From Ignisphaera sp. (GTDB taxonomy: Archaea; Thermoproteota; Thermoprotei_A; Sulfolobales; Ignisphaeraceae), in contig JAWBDT010000018.1 in the NCBI GenBank assembly GCA_038821645.1, positions 1-31,477 of the forward strand: a stretch of 31,477 nt of DNA, in the 5' to 3' direction. This document shows positions 18,045 through 26,698 of the stretch, piece by piece. The stretch's first letter is position 1, and every line of letters starts with the position of its first letter. The notes beneath the pieces were generated by a model. It ran no database searches, was not told the origin of the DNA, and saw only the letters and a program-made list of their open reading frames with translations. The translations under genes were made by a program, and so were the position numbers.

Positions 18045-18980
18045 TTGATTCAAAACATGTTCATAGGAAAAATAACTATTGTTCCCTGCAGTAGAGAAGT
18101 TTATACCATATCAACTCCTGAAAAAAGATCCAGTACAGCATCAATAGGATTAGCAAGTATTGATCCAAATCTTTGGAGAATACAAAAAGATTTTTCAGGT
18201 AAGGCTGAAATGATGTGCAAAGACGGTAACGTTATTGCTAATAATGATTTCTATATCCCTATAAAGCTAATGGATACTTATGCATATCATGAAATCATAT
18301 ATGGCCCTAAACCATGGGGTATGCCTCCATTTCATTCCAAACCTATAGAACCTATACTCGTTCCTGAAACAATACATACATACATTAACTTAAAGAAAGT
18401 TATTATGTACACGAAATTTATTATAGATAAACTAGATCAAGCAACAAACATAGCTTACGACATCTGGCTAACTAGAGAGCCGAGATACATTGGTGGACCT
18501 AAACCGGAGGATATTGAACTAATGATATGGATCTATAGAGCATCAAACTCCGAATGGCTTCCTCCACCAGCCGGAAACAAGATATACGAAGTTACGATAT
18601 CTACATTAATAGATGGTAAAGTAAAAAACGCTATATGGGATATATGGTATCATCCAGGTGTTTCCTGGGGTGGCTGGAGCTATCTAGCTTATGTTTTAAC
18701 TGAACCTTCAACAGATGTAGCTGTTGATTTAACAGAGATACTTAAACAAACAAAAAGATTATTTAGAGAAATAGACCCGATTAAACACAAAATCATTGGT
18801 CAAACGATTGAAAATATGTATGTTAATGATATTGAGGTTGGAACAGAAGTATTTGCATACAATCCAGGTTATGCTGGTATTAAATGGATTCTTAAAGAAT
18901 TTCACATAGTAGCCTATAGACCCGATATAGAAAGCACATATGTATTTGAACATTTAAAGAATGAAATAATACTCAGATAA
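18045..18980 (+). CDS. Glycoside hydrolase family 12 (endo-beta-glucanase-like)
   Basis: Y.EIIYG.KPWG, NIAYDIWL, DIELMIWIY (nucleophile Glu), P.G, W.Y..Y, IEVGTEV (acid/base Glu), as in thermophilic GH12 enzymes. Confidence 0.75.
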   Translation: MIQNMFIGKITIVPCSREVYTISTPEKRSSTASIGLASIDPNLWRIQKDFSGKAEMMCKDGNVIANNDFYIPIKLMDTYAYHEIIYGPKPWGMPPFHSKPIEPILVPETIHTYINLKKVIMYTKFIIDKLDQATNIAYDIWLTREPRYIGGPKPEDIELMIWIYRASNSEWLPPPAGNKIYEVTISTLIDGKVKNAIWDIWYHPGVSWGGWSYLAYVLTEPSTDVAVDLTEILKQTKRLFREIDPIKHKIIGQTIENMYVNDIEVGTEVFAYNPGYAGIKWILKEFHIVAYRPDIESTYVFEHLKNEIILR

Positions 18981-19038
18981 TTGGACACTATATAGATGAA
19001 ATATACAACAAATGTTTTAGAATACGGGTATTAAGCTT

Positions 19039-19425
19039 ATGAGGTATGCAACAATAGACATAATAATATGTCCTAACTGTAGATTTTATCCATTAGAGGT
19101 AATTTCGTTTGAAACTCAAACAATAAATAAAAAGGCTATAGAAATTTCGATACCTTTTTGCAGAACTTATTGTGGATTAAATAAAGTTTTTCTAACAGAC
19201 GTCGAATCAAAGACTATAGTTGACTGTAAATTATGTCTTACAATAGACATAATATGGGGTCTCATACTTTGTCCTCATTGCTGTAAATGGTATCCTATAA
19301 TTTCAGGATTACCTCTATTGTATCCTAATTACTTAAAAAACAATAAGAGAATAAAGGCGCTCTATAACCTATTTGAAAAGAGATTCTCTGACGCTCTAAC
19401 GAAGTTTCTACATAGATGCAAATAA
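19039..19425 (+). CDS. trm112: Trm112-like methyltransferase activator (long Cys-rich form)
   Basis: DIIICPNCRFYPL...I..G.ILCPHC.KWYPIISGLP.L, with an inserted C-x3-C...CxxC cluster. Confidence 0.75.
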   Translation: MRYATIDIIICPNCRFYPLEVISFETQTINKKAIEISIPFCRTYCGLNKVFLTDVESKTIVDCKLCLTIDIIWGLILCPHCCKWYPIISGLPLLYPNYLKNNKRIKALYNLFEKRFSDALTKFLHRCK

Positions 19426-19752
19426 TGTTATGACCTTAAGTATCAAGAGTTTTGGCTACTAAAGGTAATACGAATATTGATGATGTTGATTCATTAATGA
19501 AAAATGTAGATGCATATTCAATATTACAAGACGTTAACAGACAGTAAAGAAACTAATGGGTTAAAAGAACTGGCTTCATGTTTTCATTAAGTTCGTAGAG
19601 GCTTAACAAAATCTGTTATCAAAATTTAATTTTAGATTGACAACCTAAGATTAATAAATATACTTAAAATTATGTTTGAATGATTGTACCTTTTTCTAAA
19701 ACTATGTATCTACAAAGTCTGTTATATGAGTTCATGAATGTGTTACACATAA

Positions 19753-19810
19753 ATTCAGTGGGTGCCGACCACATCACAAATTACTCAGTGCGAGCTACGT
19801 ATCATCATGT
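19753..19810 (-). ncRNA. Box C/D methylation guide sRNA
   Basis: Minus strand reads ATGATGA-tacgtagctcgca-CTGA-gtaattt-GTGATGT-ggtcggcaccca-CTGA; perfect C, D' and D boxes with GC-rich 12-13 nt guides. Confidence 0.88.
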
Positions 19811-20070
19811 TTTATTGATTGAGTATGAGTCTAACACAGTAAGCTTCATACTGAATAAATACTTTTTCCCATATAGCTTGATATCAGTATCGATGTATGG
19901 TACATGGATAATGCTAGTTTTCATCATTTAGGTTACACAAAAATCTCTATAATAATTCCTTATATGATGTAGTCATCAAGTTTGTAACCATAATTATGTT
20001 TTATTATAATTAAACCTTATCTTCGATACTATCTAGTTAGAGCATTGATATTGTTGACATATGTAATGGC

Positions 20071-20532
20071 TTAACGTACAACTCGGTCTAAGTATTTAGC
20101 TATATCATCAATTATTTCGTTAATACTCCTTATTATTGTATTGATATAGGGGGGTGCTGTTAGAACTGAAAACTCCTTCAACAACTTAGTGTTTTGAACA
20201 AGACTTCTTAGAGATACAGATACCTCTAAAGGTAGCTTAGTTATAATTTCATTAATTTCATCGCTACTAAGCTTATCATATTTGGCATAGAGATCTTCAT
20301 TAAGTACTCTCCTTAAGAATTGAATTGTTTTATCTAGTTTTATCATCATAAGTGCAAAACCATCGTAAAGTTCCCTAAGCCTTCTATTCTTGATGTTGTA
20401 GAAACATTCAACTAAATCTAGCCTCATACTGTGAAGCATCTTGTAGATGTATAACAAAGTCTCTTTGTCAACATTTATTTCTGTAGGCTTCTTGTTCCTA
20501 AACCTCGTCAATACATTCTTAAACATCATCAT
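20071..20532 (-). CDS. Hypothetical all-helical protein
   Basis: 153-aa ORF with normal composition and no competing ORF; no motif recognised. Confidence 0.6.
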   Translation of the reverse strand: MMMFKNVLTRFRNKKPTEINVDKETLLYIYKMLHSMRLDLVECFYNIKNRRLRELYDGFALMMIKLDKTIQFLRRVLNEDLYAKYDKLSSDEINEIITKLPLEVSVSLRSLVQNTKLLKEFSVLTAPPYINTIIRSINEIIDDIAKYLDRVVR

Positions 20533-20669
20533 TTACCTGTCAACAAATCTTGTACATGAATTTGTATTTTAGATTAAAAAAGAGATTATAAAGATTTATG
20601 CTTTACTAATACATCAGTAAACATAGTTAGCGTCTATAAAATAGTTTATGTAAGCAAGAAATCAATAAG

Positions 20670-21656
20670 ATGAGAAAAATGTTAAAGTACTTAGAACCCA
20701 TCACTAGACTCCTTCATAATCCTAAAATAACCATAAAGAAACATTATACACCAAAAATAGTGACCCAAAAAGATATAGTAGAGGATCTCAATAAGTTAAA
20801 GGTAATACCGTTTGAAGCATATTCAGCTCTTTCAAAAGTTATTAATGGTGATATTAAGAGCTTTATTGAAATACATATCGATCCACATGTATGTACCCAA
20901 GTATCATCTATGTGTAGAGAACATCCGTATAGAATTAAGTACCTTATACATATGGATCCCAAATATATGTTATTCTATTCTGAGTGTATAGATATTGAAA
21001 TAGCCTATTCAATTATTTTTGGTGATATGATTAAGTATTTTGAGTTTGTAGAAGGATCTAGAAATAATGTTATGTTCCAGTGCGCAGTAATTCCTTCAAA
21101 TATATTAATACCAGAAGCACTTAGATATACAAACTCTTTAGGAATCTTCAAAGGTTTGACCATAAAATCTAAACGTTTTTGTGAAATCGTTAAAGAATTG
21201 ATAGAAGCTGTAGAGGAAATTACTGAACTTATACTGGTTCTACCATGTGTTAATGAATTCTCTATATCTGTTATTAACCAATTAATTGATAGAGCCCATC
21301 ATAACGATAACTTTAGAATGTTCATCGTAACTTCAGCACCATCTATATACGATGCAAGAAAATGTGGTATAAGCTATAGAAGCTTCTTTGTTTCTTACTT
21401 GGAGATCATGAACTCTGTAAGAGAACTTGATCATATATATTTGTGCAATTCAGAGGCAAACAATATCGAAATAGTTGTAAATAGAGCTACATATCTATCA
21501 TCATATGATATGAATCTCAGACCTGAATCAGAATTTGTATCCGTACAGAATACTTCATTCATTGAAAACTTTATACTCAAGTACTTAAGAGACTGTTTAT
21601 GTTCATCTAGTTTAACAAAATATAGAAGAACCCTAAAATCAGATTCTAATTCATAG
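20670..21656 (+). CDS. Hypothetical Cys-rich protein; C-terminal half possibly a degenerate PLD-like fold
   Basis: 328-aa ORF; ELILVLPCV...RMFIVTS...IEIVVNRATYLSS spacing recalls PLD-nuclease strands, but there is no HxK motif. Confidence 0.55.
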   Translation: MRKMLKYLEPITRLLHNPKITIKKHYTPKIVTQKDIVEDLNKLKVIPFEAYSALSKVINGDIKSFIEIHIDPHVCTQVSSMCREHPYRIKYLIHMDPKYMLFYSECIDIEIAYSIIFGDMIKYFEFVEGSRNNVMFQCAVIPSNILIPEALRYTNSLGIFKGLTIKSKRFCEIVKELIEAVEEITELILVLPCVNEFSISVINQLIDRAHHNDNFRMFIVTSAPSIYDARKCGISYRSFFVSYLEIMNSVRELDHIYLCNSEANNIEIVVNRATYLSSYDMNLRPESEFVSVQNTSFIENFILKYLRDCLCSSSLTKYRRTLKSDSNS

Positions 21657-22779
21657 GGACCATTTTAACCATCATCCTTGATGTGTAGGATATCGTTAGT
21701 TTAGCAATAGTAAGTATCTTTGTTGATCCTTTAAGCCCTTCTATGATTATATGATCATTTCTAATGTCTATACATCTGTACCTCAATCCTATAAAATCTA
21801 AGTATTCAGCAATATCGTTATGGTTAACATCATATTTCTTTCTACTGTTTCCACAAGGACCTAAAGAACACATGAAACAATAATCGTTATGTGAATCTAC
21901 ATTAGCCATACATGCCGTCCTAAAGAATTTCGTACCATAATCTTGAGCTTTTTTCTTGATAATGTTGACAATATCGTCCACCTTTATAGAGATTTGCTGA
22001 GACATGGTTTTAGGTATTTTAGGAAGCCTCAGAATTATCTCGCTTATATCTATACCCTTATTCTTCAATCTATGGAGAATCCGTTGTGTTACTCTTAATG
22101 AGCCACAAACTACTCCTCGAATTCCGTGTTCTACACCTAGTTCTATTATTTTATCTATTTCTTTATCTGTAACCCCTGGTATGATAGGTCTAATAAACAG
22201 ATAAACCGATAACCCTGCTTGCGAGGCTACTGCTATACCATTGAGTCTGTTCATAGGTTCTGGGACAAGACTCTCTAACATCTTCGACTTACCTATAGTA
22301 ATTAATGTAACTAATACGCTTATACAAGGTTCAGCATACTTTAATCTCCTAGCTAGAGCTTCATCTATAACACACTTAGTTGATACTTGCGATGGTAGTA
22401 AAAGCCATTTATACACGTTCTCTATATACGCTAATGCGAGATTTTTTGTTTCAGGTAAAAATGGTTCTGTTACCGATCCATATGCAGCAAATGTTTTTTG
22501 AGGTATAACGTAGGGATTTATAGATAGAGAATATACCATTTCCAGAGGTTTTAAGGGGTAGGGTTTAGCTTTTACCGGAAAACCCATGTCGTATATATAG
22601 CAATAGGAGCAAACATAACTACAACCAATACCAGTATGAATTGTTATTCCACAAGGTCTAGGCATTCTCTTGCTATGATGATCTCTTTCAGCTCTTTCTA
22701 TAGACTCTCTATCCAAGAGTTCACTTAATTTGGTGGATATTCGTTTCTTCTCCTCTATAAGTCTAAGTATTTTTCCCAT
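21646..22779 (-). CDS. Radical SAM protein (spore-photoproduct-lyase-like archaeal family), function unknown
   Basis: GCSYVCSYCY (CxxxCxxC), GSVTEPF, QVSTK, FIRPIIPGVTD, extra C-terminal Cys cluster. Confidence 0.85.
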   Translation of the reverse strand: MGKILRLIEEKKRISTKLSELLDRESIERAERDHHSKRMPRPCGITIHTGIGCSYVCSYCYIYDMGFPVKAKPYPLKPLEMVYSLSINPYVIPQKTFAAYGSVTEPFLPETKNLALAYIENVYKWLLLPSQVSTKCVIDEALARRLKYAEPCISVLVTLITIGKSKMLESLVPEPMNRLNGIAVASQAGLSVYLFIRPIIPGVTDKEIDKIIELGVEHGIRGVVCGSLRVTQRILHRLKNKGIDISEIILRLPKIPKTMSQQISIKVDDIVNIIKKKAQDYGTKFFRTACMANVDSHNDYCFMCSLGPCGNSRKKYDVNHNDIAEYLDFIGLRYRCIDIRNDHIIIEGLKGSTKILTIAKLTISYTSRMMVKMVPMN

Positions 22780-22865
22780 ATTTATTATCCTATATATTTG
22801 TTAAATAAAGATCTACTTCATTTATATTTCTCTAAGAAACTAAAAATATATTGAATGTGATCGGT

Positions 22866-23966
22866 ATGTGGAATAAATACGCAAAACTTATAGTTGATTA
22901 TTGTGTAGATATCAAGAAACTAGATGAAGTTATAATAACCTCATCTATAGAGGCTTACCCCCTAGTTATTGAGATATATAAAGAGGCAATTAAACGTGGA
23001 GCCTATCCTAGATTTTTACTTAACGATGATGCAATGTCTGAAATATTCTATAAGTATGCATCTACGGAACTTCTAGAATATCTATCACCCATAGACAGGT
23101 TTATTATGGAGAACATTGATGTAAGAATATCAATACTTTCACCAACACATACTAAGCCTTTAATGAACATCGATCCTGAGAGGAGGAAGATTAGAGAAAA
23201 AGCGCTTAAAGAGCTTAAACAGATATTTATGAATAGAGAAGCTAGTGGAGAACTTAGATGGGTTGTAGCAGCTTATCCAACAAAAGCGATGGCTCAAGAA
23301 GCAGGCATGGGTATCATAGAATTTGAGGAATTTGTTATTAAAGCTGTTAAACTTTCTGAAGAGGATCCAGTTAAAGCATGGATTGAACAAGCAAATAGAC
23401 AAAATAAGGTGATAAAGCTTCTCTCTAGAGTTGATGAACTTAGATTCGTATCTGAAGATACTGATCTAGTTGTTAAAGTTGGAGGTAGAACGTGGATTAA
23501 CGATGATGGTAAAAACAATATGCCTGGAGGAGAGGTGTTCACGGCTCCTCATGAAGATAGTGCTGAAGGATATATAACTTTTACATATCCCGCTATTTAT
23601 GGTGGTGTAGAAGTAGAAGGAATAAGACTAAGGTTTAGGAATGGTAATGTTATTGATGCTTATGCTATGAAGGGAGATGAATTCTTAAAGAAGATTCTAG
23701 AAGTAGATGAAGGTGTAAAGAAGATAGGAGAACTAGCATTTGGTTTAAATTATAATATAAATAGATTCACCAAACAGATACTGTTTGATGAGAAAATTGG
23801 TGGAACAATTCACATTGCACTAGGTTCTGCTTACTTAAGAACTGGTGGAAGAAATGTATCTGCTGTACATTGGGATATGATAAAAGATATGAGAGATGGT
23901 CTAGTCTATGCTGATGGAGATCTAGTATACAAGAACGGTAAATTTGTTATAGACGATATAGTGTAG
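22866..23966 (+). CDS. M29 family thermophilic aminopeptidase (AmpS/AmpT-like)
   Basis: AMAQEAGM, NMPGGEVFTAP, IGELAFGLN, LFDEKIGGTIHIALG, SAVHWDM. Confidence 0.92.
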   Translation: MWNKYAKLIVDYCVDIKKLDEVIITSSIEAYPLVIEIYKEAIKRGAYPRFLLNDDAMSEIFYKYASTELLEYLSPIDRFIMENIDVRISILSPTHTKPLMNIDPERRKIREKALKELKQIFMNREASGELRWVVAAYPTKAMAQEAGMGIIEFEEFVIKAVKLSEEDPVKAWIEQANRQNKVIKLLSRVDELRFVSEDTDLVVKVGGRTWINDDGKNNMPGGEVFTAPHEDSAEGYITFTYPAIYGGVEVEGIRLRFRNGNVIDAYAMKGDEFLKKILEVDEGVKKIGELAFGLNYNINRFTKQILFDEKIGGTIHIALGSAYLRTGGRNVSAVHWDMIKDMRDGLVYADGDLVYKNGKFVIDDIV

Positions 23967-23969
23967 CCT

Positions 23970-24326
23970 ATGCCTTTTCACATCATAGAGTTCAAGAAAG
24001 GGACTATGTTTATTCGTAAAGCAAACTATAACGATCTAAAGGAACTAGTATACATGTTGGTTCAGCTCATTCCTATAGGTTATGTCACAACTTATAGTGA
24101 TATAGCTAAAGTGCTTAAAATACCTCCTAGACTTGTGGGCAAGATATTAAAGGAAAATACTGAACCTATTATCATACCATGTCATAGAGTAATCAACATA
24201 AAAAGTATTGGTGGCTATACTATTATGGGAAAGAGAGTTGATTATTTAAAGAAAAGATTACTAAGCCTAGAATCCAAAGGAGATCTAAAAAGATTCAATC
24301 TAGCTGGTTATCTGGGTATCAAGTGA
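23970..24326 (+). CDS. ogt: O6-alkylguanine-DNA alkyltransferase (single-domain MGMT)
   Basis: IP.G.VTTYSDIA, PRLVG, active-site PCHRV, GGY, LL.LE. Confidence 0.88.
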   Translation: MPFHIIEFKKGTMFIRKANYNDLKELVYMLVQLIPIGYVTTYSDIAKVLKIPPRLVGKILKENTEPIIIPCHRVINIKSIGGYTIMGKRVDYLKKRLLSLESKGDLKRFNLAGYLGIK

Positions 24327-24481
24327 CTAAGTTATATCAAATTAATCAGACACGCTATACACCAAGAAAAATACATAAGATTGTATATGTGTAAGAATGT
24401 TCACAAGTTTTTCGATTCACTAAATCATTTTGATTAACCATTTATAAGATTTCTACGCAATACCGAGAGGGTATCAACAGT

Positions 24482-25885
24482 ATGCCTAATCTTATTTGCT
24501 CTGTGTGTGAAAAAGAATATGATGATGTTATGCTGAAGTTCTGTAGAAGTTGTGGATCTCCTTTATTTTTTGTATATGATATTAGCAGAGAGAAATTCAG
24601 AGAATACCTTGATACTGCTCTCAATCTGTTTGTAGAAGGTATATGGAGTTACCATCACCTACTACCCACAAGAGACGTTGGCGTAAGTTTAGGAGAGGGA
24701 TGGACTCCTTTAATAGGAGCCAAGAATATGTGTGAGAAACTAGGCATTAAGATTTATATAAAGAATGAGTCGCTTAATCCAAATAATACATTTATTGATC
24801 GTGGAGCTACCGTTGATGTGCAATTCGCATATGAAAATAAATTCAGATCATTAGTTACAGCCTCACCTGGTGACTACTCTATTTCTATAGCCTCTTATGC
24901 ATGTGTACGAGGTATAGAAACCTTACATTTCATACCTAGAAACATTGAATCTTGGAAAGTATATAGACTTGCTCTAGCAAATACATCAATAGTCTTTACC
25001 GAGAACTATAGTAAAGCTCTAGATAAAGCTATAAAACAATCTACACAGAAAAATCACTACTTATCTATACCACTCTCACCAACTGTCATTGATGGTTATA
25101 GAACCATTGTGTTTGAAATTCTATCTATACTTAAAGATGGTGTTGACTGGATTTCTATACCTGTAGGTGATGGTGTTCTGGCGTCAGCCATATATAAAGG
25201 CGTTAATGAAGTTAGTGAAAATTTGTGTATTGAACCACCAAAAATACTTCTAACCAAAGTAAAATATGTTAATGAAGAGAGTTTGCTTGATGAGATATCA
25301 AAGACTATGTTATCTGAATTAGCTATTGAAAAACCTTTAGCTTCAAAACTTATTCAAAGAATCTTGAATATGGGTATTATGATGGAAGTTGATGAGAATG
25401 ATATACTTAGAGCTACATATATGCTTGCTACTGAAGAAGGCATATTTGTAGATCCAGTAGGTGCAGCTAGTTTGGCAGGTGTAGTTAAAGCAATAGAAAA
25501 CAACATTATTAACATGCATGAAAAAGTTGTTATAGTGCTTAGCGGAAGTCCATCGAAAGATCCTTATGTACTGTATAGAATTCTTTCAAATAATATAAAC
25601 ATAAAGAGTGATATTAGATACCTAATAGAGAGAGAAGATATCTACATAAATGAAATCCGAAGAGAAATCCTTAGGATTCTTTATGAATTAGGCAAAATAC
25701 ATATGTATGGTATATGGAGAGAACTTAGAAAAAGAGGATATACATTGACTCTTCAAACTTTATATCATCATGTAAATTACCTAAAGGATCTAGGTTTGGT
25801 AAAGGTTATTGGTAAAAACGGTAGAAGAATTTTATACACAATAACTGAAATTGGTTTAGAGATATTATCTAGGGTTTCATCATAG
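24482..25885 (+). CDS. Threonine-synthase-like (fold-type II PLP) protein lacking the catalytic Lys, with N-terminal Zn ribbon and C-terminal winged HTH
   Basis: CxxC..CxxCG, SLGEGWTPL, KNESLNPNNTFIDRG (consensus NPTGSFKDRG), EGIFVDP.GAASLAG; C-terminal YGIWREL...TLQTLYHHV..LKDLGLV...RR..Y.IT..G. Confidence 0.8.
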   Translation: MPNLICSVCEKEYDDVMLKFCRSCGSPLFFVYDISREKFREYLDTALNLFVEGIWSYHHLLPTRDVGVSLGEGWTPLIGAKNMCEKLGIKIYIKNESLNPNNTFIDRGATVDVQFAYENKFRSLVTASPGDYSISIASYACVRGIETLHFIPRNIESWKVYRLALANTSIVFTENYSKALDKAIKQSTQKNHYLSIPLSPTVIDGYRTIVFEILSILKDGVDWISIPVGDGVLASAIYKGVNEVSENLCIEPPKILLTKVKYVNEESLLDEISKTMLSELAIEKPLASKLIQRILNMGIMMEVDENDILRATYMLATEEGIFVDPVGAASLAGVVKAIENNIINMHEKVVIVLSGSPSKDPYVLYRILSNNINIKSDIRYLIEREDIYINEIRREILRILYELGKIHMYGIWRELRKRGYTLTLQTLYHHVNYLKDLGLVKVIGKNGRRILYTITEIGLEILSRVSS

Positions 25886-25895
25886 GTGGTAATGA

Positions 25896-26636
25896 GTGGT
25901 ACGTGTAATATTTTTAGGTGTAGGTGGATGGATTTCAGAGCCATTCCTAGGATATACTTCATTAATTATCGAATCTAGAGACAAAAGAATACTAATCGAA
26001 GCTGGTGAAGGTGTTTACAGATATTTGCGACAATGTGGCTATGATGTCACAGACATAGATTTAATTACTATTACACATAAACATGGTGACCATGTTCTAG
26101 GCATACCCACACTCATCTTGATGGCTCTTCATAAAGGTAGAAAGGAGATCGAAATAATATCTATATATGATGTTATAGAGACTCTAAAGATACTCCTCAA
26201 TAGTATTGGCATGGAGCATCTTACTGATTATGTGAGGTTTACAGAAATTCGACCAGGAGATAGTGTACACCGTTACCAGTTTGTACTAAACTTTATAGAA
26301 GCTTTACATACTGTTCAAGCTGTTTCCATTAAAGTAGATGTAGATGGTAAATGTATAGCTTTTAGTGGTGATACCATCTATAATCCGTTATTGATAGATT
26401 TTGTTAAGAACTGTGATGTCCTTATACATGAGGTCTCCAATTATAGTGATGTTGCATGTGACTATGGACATAGTAGCTACAGAGATGCTATATATTTAGC
26501 CTCTAAAGCCGATATCAAGATCTTTGTTCCTATACATTTTTACAGATTACCATTACCTATAGATTTAAGTCTTTTTGAAAATATCAAAGAGATGCAAATT
26601 TTTGTACCGTCGCCTTGTACTGTGCTAGAATTGTAG
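25896..26636 (+). CDS. RNase Z/ElaC-like metallo-beta-lactamase-fold hydrolase
   Basis: VIFLGVGG, LIEAGEG, THKHGDHVLG, H, FSGDT, LIHE, GHS, PIH; short form without a long exosite. Confidence 0.8.
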   Translation: MVRVIFLGVGGWISEPFLGYTSLIIESRDKRILIEAGEGVYRYLRQCGYDVTDIDLITITHKHGDHVLGIPTLILMALHKGRKEIEIISIYDVIETLKILLNSIGMEHLTDYVRFTEIRPGDSVHRYQFVLNFIEALHTVQAVSIKVDVDGKCIAFSGDTIYNPLLIDFVKNCDVLIHEVSNYSDVACDYGHSSYRDAIYLASKADIKIFVPIHFYRLPLPIDLSLFENIKEMQIFVPSPCTVLEL

Positions 26637-26698
26637 AGGATATAATATAGATAGCTTTATTTATTCGGTTCAAAGCATATGTGTATAGGGTAATTTTA

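Noticed and set aside
19440-19547. Short protein-like reading frame after trm112 (possible gene remnant)
   Set aside because: About 35 codons with no recognisable family; cannot support a pseudogene call.
19822-19852. AGTATGA...TCATACT inverted repeat next to the 19.8-kb sRNA
   Set aside because: Single short stem with no further support.
19680-19931. 83-aa + strand ORF
   Set aside because: No motif or RBS, and it overlaps a well-formed C/D sRNA on the opposite strand; probably spurious.
24423-24435. AATCA-N3-TGATT inverted repeat just upstream of a TTTATAA box before the ThrC-wHTH gene
   Set aside because: 5-bp AT-rich arms are expected by chance; worth revisiting only if the protein binds this region.
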